Part shown: piece after piece, positions 9,885 to 17,878 of the stretch
Layout of the letters: each line of letters begins with the position of its first letter
Numbering within the stretch: the first letter of the stretch is position 1
Origin: a virus
Taxonomy: Duplodnaviria > Heunggongvirae > Uroviricota > Caudoviricetes
Length of the DNA: 64,000 nucleotides
Reading direction: 5' to 3' (one strand)
IMG/VR virus record: IMGVR_UViG_3300032038_000006
The notes under the pieces: model-generated
The model's database searches: none
What the model was told of the DNA's origin: nothing
The model's input: the letters and a program-made list of their open reading frames with translations, nothing else
Made by a program: the position numbers and the translations under genes

Positions 9885-10277
9885 TTACTCGCCCTCTCCC
9901 TCTCCCTCAGTTGTAGGGAGAGCGTAACCCTTTACCTTGCCTTTGTTAGGAATTTTAACCTCAGAAGCAACTATCTGCTTGCTGTCAACAAGCTGTTTAG
10001 CAAGTGCGGAAATCTTCTGAGTAGATACGCCGAGTTTGTCAGCGAGTGTTGCGGCGACCCACACCTTGCCGTCAGCGAGTGCGGCGAGAATTGCGTTCTT
10101 GAAGTCCTCGTTCTCTGCCTTATGAGCGAGAGCAGACTTAGAAACTTTTCTCTGCTCGTTCTTTTTGTCGAGAGCGGCAATTTTGCCCTTTGCGAACTCT
10201 GTGATAGCGTCTGAAACCTCTGCCTTGATAACAGCGTTAAGGAACTCTCTCTCAGTCTTGAATGTTACGTTTGCCAT
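9885..10277 (-). CDS. Winged-helix HTH DNA-binding protein, paralogue 3
   Basis: TFKTEREFL...KVSKSALAHKAENEDFK...STQKISALAKQL...KGKVKGY. Confidence 0.8.
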   Translation of the reverse strand: MANVTFKTEREFLNAVIKAEVSDAITEFAKGKIAALDKKNEQRKVSKSALAHKAENEDFKNAILAALADGKVWVAATLADKLGVSTQKISALAKQLVDSKQIVASEVKIPNKGKVKGYALPTTEGEGEGE

Positions 10278-10422
10278 AGTTTACCTCTTTCTCTCATACT
10301 TAGGTAGTGAGCACCTTAGTCGTGGTGTTGACCTTTCCTTTACTATATATATTATATCATAGTTTAGGAAGTTTGTCAAGACCTTTTTTAATATTTTTTT
10401 GTTTTAACCAATTGCTTGGTTA

Positions 10423-10496
10423 TGGCGGGGAGTGAGAGAGTTGAACTCTCGTTCTCTGATTAACAGTCAGGCGTTCTACCGTTGGACTAACTCCCC
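10423..10496 (-). tRNA. tRNA-Asn(GTT)
   Basis: Acceptor GGGGAGT/ACTCCCC, anticodon arm CCTGA-CTGTTAA-TCAGA, GTTCAA T-loop, encoded CCA. Confidence 0.92.
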
Positions 10497-10579
10497 TTGA
10501 CTACATTTATATTATATCATACTCGGAGCGATTTGTCAACCCCTTTCGATATAATTTTTTTATTTAACTTTGAGTTAAG

Positions 10580-10654
10580 TGGTGGAGGGGCGAGCGGTTT
10601 CTCACCGCCCCTACATCACGGTTATGAGCCGAGTGTCCTTAACTGAACCCCTCC
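10580..10654 (-). ncRNA. Degenerate tRNA(CAT)-like RNA
   Basis: Perfect 7-bp acceptor GGAGGGG/CCCCTCC plus ACCA, CTCATAA anticodon loop, but non-canonical T-loop (TGAGAAA) and weak D-arm; own promoter. Confidence 0.6.
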
Positions 10655-10808
10655 CTTAACTCTATATATATTATACCACATCAACACCGATTTGTCTACT
10701 GGCAAAATGCACAATGTTCATCAACAATACTGTTATGTTTTTGTGCAAATCGCCGGCGGCCCGGGCCAGTTAGCCTTAACTAATATTCAGATATTAAAAA
10801 GGGCAATC

Positions 10809-11078
10809 TCAACGGATTGCCCCTGGCGACATTCTTTCCTTAAAATCTTCTAATACTTCTATTCGTTTATTTTTTACTGCGAGTTTTTGTGAGCAAACAT
10901 TGCCGCACTTCTGAATTAACATAGTTATGATTATTTCAAAAGCTGTATCTGGACAAGTATTGCAAATATCTTTTGAAGTAGTGACGAGACCGTTAACGCA
11001 ATCATTGCAAACGATTAAGTCAAGATTACCCACTGACTTATCAATGGATGTGCGCTTTCCGCAAAAAGTACATTTCAT
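10809..11078 (-). CDS. Putative C4 zinc-binding protein, 89 aa
   Basis: CTFC...CNDC plus further Cys pairs. Confidence 0.7.
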   Translation of the reverse strand: MKCTFCGKRTSIDKSVGNLDLIVCNDCVNGLVTTSKDICNTCPDTAFEIIITMLIQKCGNVCSQKLAVKNKRIEVLEDFKERMSPGAIR

Positions 11079-11281
11079 TTAATTTCTCCTTTCATATCAT
11101 AATTGTACCAGAAAATGAAATCTTCTGGAGCAACATTAAAAGCCTTGCATATATTCTCAAATATGGTTTTATTGCCAGATGCAAGATACTGTTCGTATGA
11201 ACTGTAAAAGCTGAAAAATTCGCCCTCGTCCATTTCGCCTATGCGGTCACTGATTTTATCAAATCTCTCTTTGTCAGTCAT
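11075..11281 (-). CDS. Hypothetical protein, 68 aa
   Basis: First ORF after promoter; overlaps next start. Confidence 0.75.
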   Translation of the reverse strand: MTDKERFDKISDRIGEMDEGEFFSFYSSYEQYLASGNKTIFENICKAFNVAPEDFIFWYNYDMKGEIK

Positions 11282-11403
11282 TGTATCAACTCCTTTACTA
11301 TATATATTATACCACGATACAATATAAATGTCAACCCTTTTTTTGTTAGTACGTCCTAACTCGCCCCGGGCCGCTTCACCGCATTAAAGCGGCGAAGCAT
11401 TTA

Positions 11404-11757
11404 TTAAATCTTTTTACATTCAGTCAATCCTTCATTTTCAAAGCAGTCAAAATAAGGATAGATACCCTGATTTGCGGCAATTTCAAGCAATTCGCCCGCA
11501 CTTTCATACGCATCTGTGTCCATTATTGCGTCAAAGACTATATCTCTAAAATCAGAACCATAGTCAAAACTCGGCTCTGCATTTGTTTTGATTTTTCTTT
11601 TAACTACAACGCCGTCAAGTCTCAGAATTGCATTAACCTTAAAAGTTAATTCGTATTCTGTACCAAGTCCGTTTTCATAGTTTTCGCACTCTGTTCTGCT
11701 GTCAAAAATCTTTCCGTCCTCTGCCATATACTTTGTAACTTCTTTCATTTTTCTCAA
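11404..11757 (-). CDS. Hypothetical protein, 117 aa
   Basis: ORF with RBS; N-terminal KYMAEDGKIFDSRTECENYE. Confidence 0.75.
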   Translation of the reverse strand: MRKMKEVTKYMAEDGKIFDSRTECENYENGLGTEYELTFKVNAILRLDGVVVKRKIKTNAEPSFDYGSDFRDIVFDAIMDTDAYESAGELLEIAANQGIYPYFDCFENEGLTECKKI

Positions 11758-11766
11758 TTCCTTTCG

Positions 11767-11982
11767 TTAAATAAAATTCTTAATTGTCATAAACAGATTA
11801 AGTGTTAAGAAAATGCCATTGATTAACGCACCGCTGAGGACCTTATTCTTCATACTGTCCACAAGTCCAATACTGGACGACAGAACGAAACAAGGAGCGG
11901 AAAAAGGCGAACCTGCGCCACATAGAGCGGCGGCAATCGCACAAAGGAAAACCGTTACATAATCAATTCTTCTAAGTTTCAT
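11767..11982 (-). CDS. Small membrane protein, 71 aa
   Basis: Two to three hydrophobic segments; GAGGT RBS. Confidence 0.7.
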   Translation of the reverse strand: MKLRRIDYVTVFLCAIAAALCGAGSPFSAPCFVLSSSIGLVDSMKNKVLSGALINGIFLTLNLFMTIKNFI

Positions 11983-12116
11983 TTACCTCATCTCCTTTAC
12001 TATATATATTATATCACATAATAAAGGAAATGTCAACTACTTTTTGTTAGGGGCGACTAACTTCGCCCGGGCCGCAGTTAAAATATTTAATTAAATACCA
12101 AAAAAGAGGGCGGCGA

Positions 12117-12257
12117 TTAGCCGCCCTTTACCCTTGTTATGCCGCCTTTTTTCGCTGTTTTCTCGGCGGCTTTGTCCTCGTCAAATGCCTTGCGAGCCTG
12201 TGCCCTCTCGTGGAGAATTTTACAGAGAGTAATAAACTCTTCACGATTTAACATCAT
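12117..12257 (-). CDS. Small hypothetical protein, 46 aa
   Basis: AAAAGGG RBS; open to TAA in terminator. Confidence 0.45.
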   Translation of the reverse strand: MMLNREEFITLCKILHERAQARKAFDEDKAAEKTAKKGGITRVKGG

Positions 12258-12289
12258 TGTTCTGCCCTTTTTAGTTTTAAATTTTACGC

Positions 12290-12439
12290 TCATTCAGTAC
12301 CCCTCATTTCTTCTTTTCTTCTCTTGTATTCGTTTGGACTTTTGCCCTTGCGTGTTACTGGATTGATATTCCAAGTATTACGTTTTGACTTGTAATACTC
12401 TTTTTGCTTTTTCTTTGACTGTTTAGCAAGTGGTATCAC
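12290..12439 (-). CDS. Small basic protein, 49 aa (MIPLAKQSKKKQKEYYKSKRNTWNINPVTRK...)
   Basis: GTG start with GAGGGAG RBS, overlapping the upstream stop. Confidence 0.65.
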   Translation of the reverse strand: MIPLAKQSKKKQKEYYKSKRNTWNINPVTRKGKSPNEYKRRKEEMRGTE

Positions 12440-12639
12440 GAAAAATCATCTCCCTCTCTCAATTTCTCTTTGAAACGCTTTTTGAACTCGACTAAGTTTG
12501 CGATTTCCTTTATGTCCTTAAAGTAAATCTTTTTGTCATTAGCGAAGTAGATTACATTGTTTTCGATACGCTGTACACAGAAATCACCATTTCCGTTTTT
12601 GAGAATTTCCAGTATTTCAATTATATCTGAGAGCCACAT
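12436..12639 (-). CDS. Hypothetical protein, 67 aa
   Basis: Promoter plus AAGGAG RBS put the start at ATG12639. Confidence 0.7.
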   Translation of the reverse strand: MWLSDIIEILEILKNGNGDFCVQRIENNVIYFANDKKIYFKDIKEIANLVEFKKRFKEKLREGDDFS

Positions 12640-12713
12640 AAACTCAACTCCTTTACTATATATATTATACCATATCGGATAATAAATGTCAAGGGGTTTG
12701 AGAAAGTTTTTTA

Positions 12714-12863
12714 TTAAACTTTCTCTATCCAGTAGTGACGTGCAACAACGCTGTTCATATTCCCATAGATAAAAGCGTTCATATAGTCGCAAGCCTCAAA
12801 GTAGTCGTTAAAAGTCTTAACAACCTCACATTTGCCGTTTACGTCAGTTATGATATTAAACAT
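12714..12863 (-). CDS. Hypothetical protein, 49 aa
   Basis: Promoter, AAGGAG RBS, TAA. Confidence 0.65.
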   Translation of the reverse strand: MFNIITDVNGKCEVVKTFNDYFEACDYMNAFIYGNMNSVVARHYWIEKV

Positions 12864-12964
12864 ATAATCAACTCCTTTACTATATATATTATATCACGTT
12901 TCAATAATAAAGTCAATAGGAGTTGTTAGTATCTACAAACTCGCGCCCGGGCCGCTTCGCCACT

Positions 12965-13261
12965 TTAACGTGACGAAGTCATTTTGATTTTATATTTTGC
13001 TCTGTATTGTCTTATCTTTTTACTTTCTGGAGTGTTTGAAATATGTGGGCGAGTTTTAAGTATATCGTGTATTGTCATTATATTTAACTGTCGATTTGCT
13101 CGACAATGCTGATAATTTGGGCAGTTTGGCTCTGCATAGATATATTCACCACATTCAAAGTGAAAATCTAATCGCCGCATTTCTCTGATTAACTGTAATG
13201 TCGGCATTTTTTCATATACTTTCCTGTCAATGATTTCGTTAAAACACCAAACTTTTTTCAT
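12965..13261 (-). CDS. Hypothetical protein, 98 aa
   Basis: ORF abutting the upstream gene. Confidence 0.7.
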   Translation of the reverse strand: MKKVWCFNEIIDRKVYEKMPTLQLIREMRRLDFHFECGEYIYAEPNCPNYQHCRANRQLNIMTIHDILKTRPHISNTPESKKIRQYRAKYKIKMTSSR

Positions 13262-13492
13262 TTAGTCATTTCCTTTCTCAATATAAAAATAGTGCATATC
13301 TTCATCTGCCAGTATTTCTTCATACCTATGATTTATATGCGTATTGCGGAAGATACGCCAACAACGCCACAGCGGACGAGCCCACAGGTGCTTGAAGTCA
13401 AAACCGTCACGATACAGGACACAGAAGTTTTTAATTGACTTATGATTTATCCAGTTGTAGATAGCCATATAAGGTTTATAACGAATATTCAT
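13262..13492 (-). CDS. Hypothetical protein, 76 aa
   Basis: AAAGGAG RBS, ATG13492. Confidence 0.7.
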   Translation of the reverse strand: MNIRYKPYMAIYNWINHKSIKNFCVLYRDGFDFKHLWARPLWRCWRIFRNTHINHRYEEILADEDMHYFYIEKGND

Positions 13493-13506
13493 AAACTCAG
13501 CTCCTT

Positions 13507-13644
13507 TCAAGCGTAGCTCTTGCAGGACAGACGAGCCTGCTGACGAGCTTTTCTGCGTGCCTTACGAATGAGGGCAGACTTGCCGAGGAAGTCGCCTGCG
13601 TACTTGCCGAATGTATTCTTCTTGTAAGCGTTACCCTTAGTCAT
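13507..13644 (-). CDS. Small basic protein, 45 aa (MTKGNAYKKNTFGKY...LSCKSYA), paralogue B
   Basis: Same length, leader and terminal motifs as 7183..7320. Confidence 0.75.
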   Translation of the reverse strand: MTKGNAYKKNTFGKYAGDFLGKSALIRKARRKARQQARLSCKSYA

Positions 13645-13761
13645 ACCGATGACCGCCTTTCCTTTACCTTATGTATATATTATACCACTTGCGGCGGCAT
13701 TTGTCAACCCCTTTTTGTTAGCACGTGCTAACTCGCCCCGGGCCAGTTAGTATTGACTAAC

Positions 13762-14003
13762 AAGGGGATATGAAAATAAGGGTGCATAGTTTTTGCGGGG
13801 CTGTTCCTATCACTCACAAAGGGGTGACCCTATACACTCTTATCCAAGTACATCACAACAGACTAACAGCTGATTCTGCTCTTGACGGAGGGTATGTGTC
13901 TCCGACACAATTACGGATTTTAGTTGGCGAATGTGCTTATTCCAACGACCAGTAAGGTTAGACCTGACCTTAATAAGGAGATTGCCTTGTTCCCTTACCT
14001 TCT
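13762..14003 (-). ncRNA. Candidate ~240-nt multi-hairpin non-coding RNA
   Basis: Consensus promoter (-10 at 14010-14015), no credible minus-strand ORF; stems TAAGGT/ACCTTA, GTTGG/CCAAC, TGTGTC/GACACA, GAGTGTATAG/CTATGCACCC. Confidence 0.6.
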
Positions 14004-14269
14004 ATATATATTATACCATAGTGTAACAGAAATGTCAACACCTTTTTGTTAGCACATACTAACGCGCGCCCGGTCCACTTCCACACTTTATTGTGCTAAA
14101 GTGCTCTCGGGTCAAGTGACCCGGGATGCGTTAGTATGTACTAACAACCTAATGGGAGAAAAGGCGATTAGGAAATCGCCGTTAAAAATATTACAAAATC
14201 CTCTACCCACATTGGACAGAGTGGATGGTTAATAATTTTAATAATTAAATCTTTCATCTCAATCTCTCC

Positions 14270-14431
14270 TTATTCGATTTGCTCAAATTGTTGAACCTTT
14301 TGACATTTCCAACACCGCATTGTTTTAACGTGTCCGATTTTGGTGCGGCGGCTCGATTTTTTGGGAGCAGTCGAAACCGCTCCACATTCTGGACATTTGA
14401 ACCACCTCATTGTTATACTTTGCTTTTTCAT
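14270..14431 (-). CDS. Zinc-ribbon protein resembling ribosomal protein bL33, 53 aa
   Basis: FKCPECG...TAPKKSSRR...KTMRCWKCQKVQQFEQ; CxxC-X26-CxxC in a basic 53-aa protein. Confidence 0.6.
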   Translation of the reverse strand: MKKQSITMRWFKCPECGAVSTAPKKSSRRTKIGHVKTMRCWKCQKVQQFEQIE

Positions 14432-14447
14432 TTAATCAAATCCTTTC

Positions 14448-14600
14448 CTATTTAATTACATAAACTTTTGCATTTGGTGTAAATGCTATTAACTCACCAT
14501 TGGAAGAAACGGCGAAGTTTTCGTCAACTTTTTTAAAAATATGCCAAGAGTTGAACTGTGAAAACCAAGTGCCTATTTTGATATTGCCGAAAAAATCCAT
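14448..14600 (-). CDS. Hypothetical protein, 50 aa (ends in TAG; TGA 4 codons later)
   Basis: Fills the gap between two genes; TAG directly precedes the RBS of the next gene. Confidence 0.5.
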   Translation of the reverse strand: MDFFGNIKIGTWFSQFNSWHIFKKVDENFAVSSNGELIAFTPNAKVYVIK

Positions 14601-14616
14601 TGTATCACAACCTTTG

Positions 14617-14775
14617 TTAAAACATTAAGCGGAAGAAATTCCACTTTGCAAAGTCTCCATAATTCGGATTGCAAATATCATTATGTATGTTCACATCAAT
14701 AAAACTTGCAATCATATAAACGGCGAACAGGACACTAATGAGGAGCAGGACATTTGACCATTTTATCCTTTTCAT
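14617..14775 (-). CDS. Small membrane protein, 52 aa
   Basis: One hydrophobic helix; promoter upstream. Confidence 0.65.
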   Translation of the reverse strand: MKRIKWSNVLLLISVLFAVYMIASFIDVNIHNDICNPNYGDFAKWNFFRLMF

Positions 14776-14894
14776 ACAGGTCACAACCTTTCTTTTCTTT
14801 TGTTCTATAAATATTATATCATATTGTAGCTTAAAAGTCAAGCTTTTTATAGATATTTTCTTCTTTTAACTAAATCCCCGGAGGGGAGCAGGGC

Positions 14895-15356
14895 TCATAC
14901 GCCCTGCTTTATCAGTGTGCTCTCTGTGCAAATTGTAGCTTTCTCGAACTTGATTGAGTAAGCTGTTCCGTCCTCTGTTGTGAGGTCAGCTCCCTTGAAG
15001 AATGGAACGTTGTCCTTTTCCCATTCCTGACCAGCTCTCTCGGTGATGATTCTCTCGAAGTCCTCACCTTTGTTGTAGCTTGAACAAGCGTGGAAACCGT
15101 CAAACCATTCCTTTGAGCAAATCAGCTCAGCCTGTCCGCTCTCAACAAGAGCTTCTTTCTCAGCTTTTGTGGGCTGATATCTCAGGCAATAGCCACCGCC
15201 GTTTTTGGAGCTTGCACGGTCGAGCTTAATTCCGAAGCTCAGACCAATGGTCTTAGCTGCATAGATATTGCCCTTGTAGGCAAAACCCATAACATAGTTG
15301 TGAGTAAAAGCGATTGAGTTGTAACGTGCGATAAGATTGATTAACATAGCGTTCAT
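14895..15356 (-). CDS. Hypothetical protein, possible PD-(D/E)XK fold, 153 aa; paralogue of 18674..19549
   Basis: YNKGEDFE...DNVPFFKGADLTTEDGTAYSIKFEKATIC. Confidence 0.7.
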   Translation of the reverse strand: MNAMLINLIARYNSIAFTHNYVMGFAYKGNIYAAKTIGLSFGIKLDRASSKNGGGYCLRYQPTKAEKEALVESGQAELICSKEWFDGFHACSSYNKGEDFERIITERAGQEWEKDNVPFFKGADLTTEDGTAYSIKFEKATICTESTLIKQGV

Positions 15357-15931
15357 TAAGAACACCGTCCTTTCCTTAACTTCTATATATATTATACCAT
15401 ATAAAACCGGAGTTGTCAACCCCTTTTCAAAAAAAAATTTGAAAAGTTGTTAGCATATGCTAACACGTCTCGGGTCGATTCTCGATTTGTTAGTATAGAC
15501 TAACACGTGGTCGCACTCCCCTCTTACTCTCTGCCTTCCGGATTTTCTATATATATTATACCATACAAATATTGATTTGTCAATACCTTTTTAAAAAGTT
15601 TTTTATTTAACTGTTAGCATAGACTAACACGTTCTACACTTTGATACTTTAACTCGCTAAAGCGGCGGCACGGTCCATCGCATCTACCCTTTAAACTTCT
15701 ACACTTTAAACCGCTAAAGCGCCCGGTCCATAATGGACCGACCGTGTTAGTATATACTAACACATGGTTTCACTCCCCCATTATATTATATCATATCCAG
15801 TCGAATTTGTCAACACCCTTTTGTTAGTATATACTAACAAGTGCTACTAACTTTTTTTTAAAATACTATTGACATTTCCGGTATGATATGATATAATATA
15901 ATTACAGTAAAGGAAAGGACGGTTGAACCGT

Positions 15932-16225
15932 ATGAAAAAGAATAGAATTGATTGGGCAGACGTTGGAATGATTATCGCTGAAATACTTTTCGCACTCTTT
16001 ATGGTTGCTTTAATGATTGGAATAGTTTTAATCGCTAAGCACTCCGCAGACCACACAAGACTTGAAAATGGTGTTGCAATCTCTGCACACGTTCTTGAAA
16101 CTCCTGACGGTAATCAGTGGGAAGTGAGAGACACTCTCGCAATCGGTCACGAATATGAAGTATATTTAAACGATAATGATACACCTGATAATGTGTTAGA
16201 TGATTATATCACTTGTGTTAAATGA
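15932..16225 (+). CDS. Membrane-anchored hypothetical protein, 97 aa
   Basis: First gene of the right (+) arm; promoter at ~15868-15897; N-terminal TM segment. Confidence 0.75.
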   Translation: MKKNRIDWADVGMIIAEILFALFMVALMIGIVLIAKHSADHTRLENGVAISAHVLETPDGNQWEVRDTLAIGHEYEVYLNDNDTPDNVLDDYITCVK

Positions 16226-16298
16226 AAAAATTTTCAAAAACCTATTGACAAACTGAATAGAATGTAGTATAATAAGTATAGTAAAGGAGTTGTTTTAA

Positions 16299-16502
16299 AT
16301 GTTAGTTAAAGTTCTCGTTATCATTTATTCACTGGTGTTTATCTTTGGTGTATGCGTTCCGGTTGTTATCGGCAGAAAAGCATACAATAAAGGTAACTAT
16401 GGTTTAAAGAATACTTGCGTTGAAATTGCAGAAGTTTTCTTTAAAATATTTTACAAAAGCCTGATTGCTATTCTCATTGCATTTATTATCTATATCGTTT
16501 GA
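16299..16502 (+). CDS. Small two-TM membrane protein, 67 aa
   Basis: Promoter plus AAGGAG RBS; ends TGA TAG TAG TAA. Confidence 0.75.
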   Translation: MLVKVLVIIYSLVFIFGVCVPVVIGRKAYNKGNYGLKNTCVEIAEVFFKIFYKSLIAILIAFIIYIV

Positions 16503-16884
16503 TAGTAGTAAATAATTTAACTAAAGGGCGGCAACGCCCTTTTCTTTTATACTTTACACTTTAGAACTTTAAAGTGCTAAAGTGCTCGGGTCGATATTTT
16601 TTCTCGGGGCGGCACCACTATGACCCGTGTTAAATTTTTAACAAAGGCGGGTCTTTTAAGAGGGGCGACCCGAGACGTGTTAGCGGGTACTAACAAAAGC
16701 GGTAAGAAAATTTTAAAAAGGGTATTGACATTTTCGTTCCCGTGTGGTATAATATAATTACAGTAAAGGAAAGGAATGATACTGATGATGAAAACATTCG
16801 TTGATAGACTTATAAACAGATACGGTTTTGAACACTGGAGCGTTAAGTTTTTCGCACGCTTCGTAAAGTAAAGGAAGTGATTAA

Positions 16885-17085
16885 ATGAAACTCAATAGAA
16901 AATATATCCCCTCTGCACTCTGCACATATTACGACCACTGTGCAAAGTGGGAAAAGATTTACTGTGAGAAATACGCACATAATCCTGACAGATACAGAGA
17001 TGATTATTTCTTTTACAGAAAAGAGCGTTACGCTGCACATCGTAAAATGAATAAACTTTTCTGGAAGAACTTCGGCAAAATTTAA
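16885..17085 (+). CDS. Hypothetical basic protein, 66 aa
   Basis: AAGGAAGTG RBS. Confidence 0.7.
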   Translation: MKLNRKYIPSALCTYYDHCAKWEKIYCEKYAHNPDRYRDDYFFYRKERYAAHRKMNKLFWKNFGKI

Positions 17086-17280
17086 TAATTTAACTTAAGC
17101 GGTTGGGTAACGTTGGCAATAGTTGGCGTGAAGACCGCTTCACTTCTGCACTTCACACTTTAGAACTTTAAAGCGCTAAAGTGCGTCTCGGGTCGGGTCG
17201 TTAGTCTATACTAACAAAAAGGTGTTGACATTTACTGTGTGATGTGATATAATATAATTACAGTAAAGGAGTTGATTAGA

Positions 17281-17595
17281 ATGAAAGATATTAAATATTC
17301 ATCAATGAGAGCAAGATACAACCGTTATTGTAAAGTCGTTGACTTTTTCTCTTGGTATGGTGCAACGTGGTTGTTCGTTGCATTTCCTGCCGCAATCGGT
17401 GGCGGTATGTTTGAAGCGGGCATACACAATATTTTTTCAATCGGTTGTGTAGTATTAGCAATTTTAATGTTCATTTACACATTTATCGGCGGTTGCCTTA
17501 TCGGTGATAAAGTTTCTTTTGAAGAATTTGCTGAATGTAAGTCTTATGAAGATACAGAAAAAGCAATTCGCAAAAATCAGAAATGGTTAAGTTAA
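17281..17595 (+). CDS. Two-TM membrane protein, 104 aa
   Basis: Promoter plus AAGGAG RBS; two hydrophobic segments. Confidence 0.75.
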   Translation: MKDIKYSSMRARYNRYCKVVDFFSWYGATWLFVAFPAAIGGGMFEAGIHNIFSIGCVVLAILMFIYTFIGGCLIGDKVSFEEFAECKSYEDTEKAIRKNQKWLS

Positions 17596-17677
17596 ATAAA
17601 AAAAATATTAAAAATCTCTTGACAAACCGGAGAAAACGTGATATAATAATAATAGAAAAAGGAAAGGAAGTGTCAGT

Positions 17678-17878
17678 ATGAGAGACTACACTGAATTTGT
17701 AAGAATGGCAAAGGAAAGCAAAAACCTTGATGAACTGAAAGCAAAAGTCCTTGAAAGCGGTTCTGGTGCATACTTTAGCGAAAGCGGAGAACTGATGACT
17801 GGTGTAGAAGATTATTTCGGTTTTGTTACATTTTCTGCCGAAATGACCGAAAACGGTATCAAATGTACAATGTATTAA
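17678..17878 (+). CDS. Hypothetical protein, 66 aa
   Basis: Promoter, RBS, terminator TCGCCTGC/GCAGGCGA. Confidence 0.75.
   Translation: MRDYTEFVRMAKESKNLDELKAKVLESGSGAYFSESGELMTGVEDYFGFVTFSAEMTENGIKCTMY

Noticed and set aside
6109-10180. Antisense or alternative-frame ORFs over the wHTH genes (6109..6603+, 6233..6607+, 7546..7836-, 7674..7916+, 7736..7930+, 9971..10180-)
   Set aside because: Shadow ORFs caused by biased codon usage; no promoter or RBS.
13770-13955. Track ORF 13770..13955(+)
   Set aside because: It is antisense to the cassette promoter, has no upstream + promoter and only a weak RBS. The structured-RNA reading fits better, though it is not excluded.
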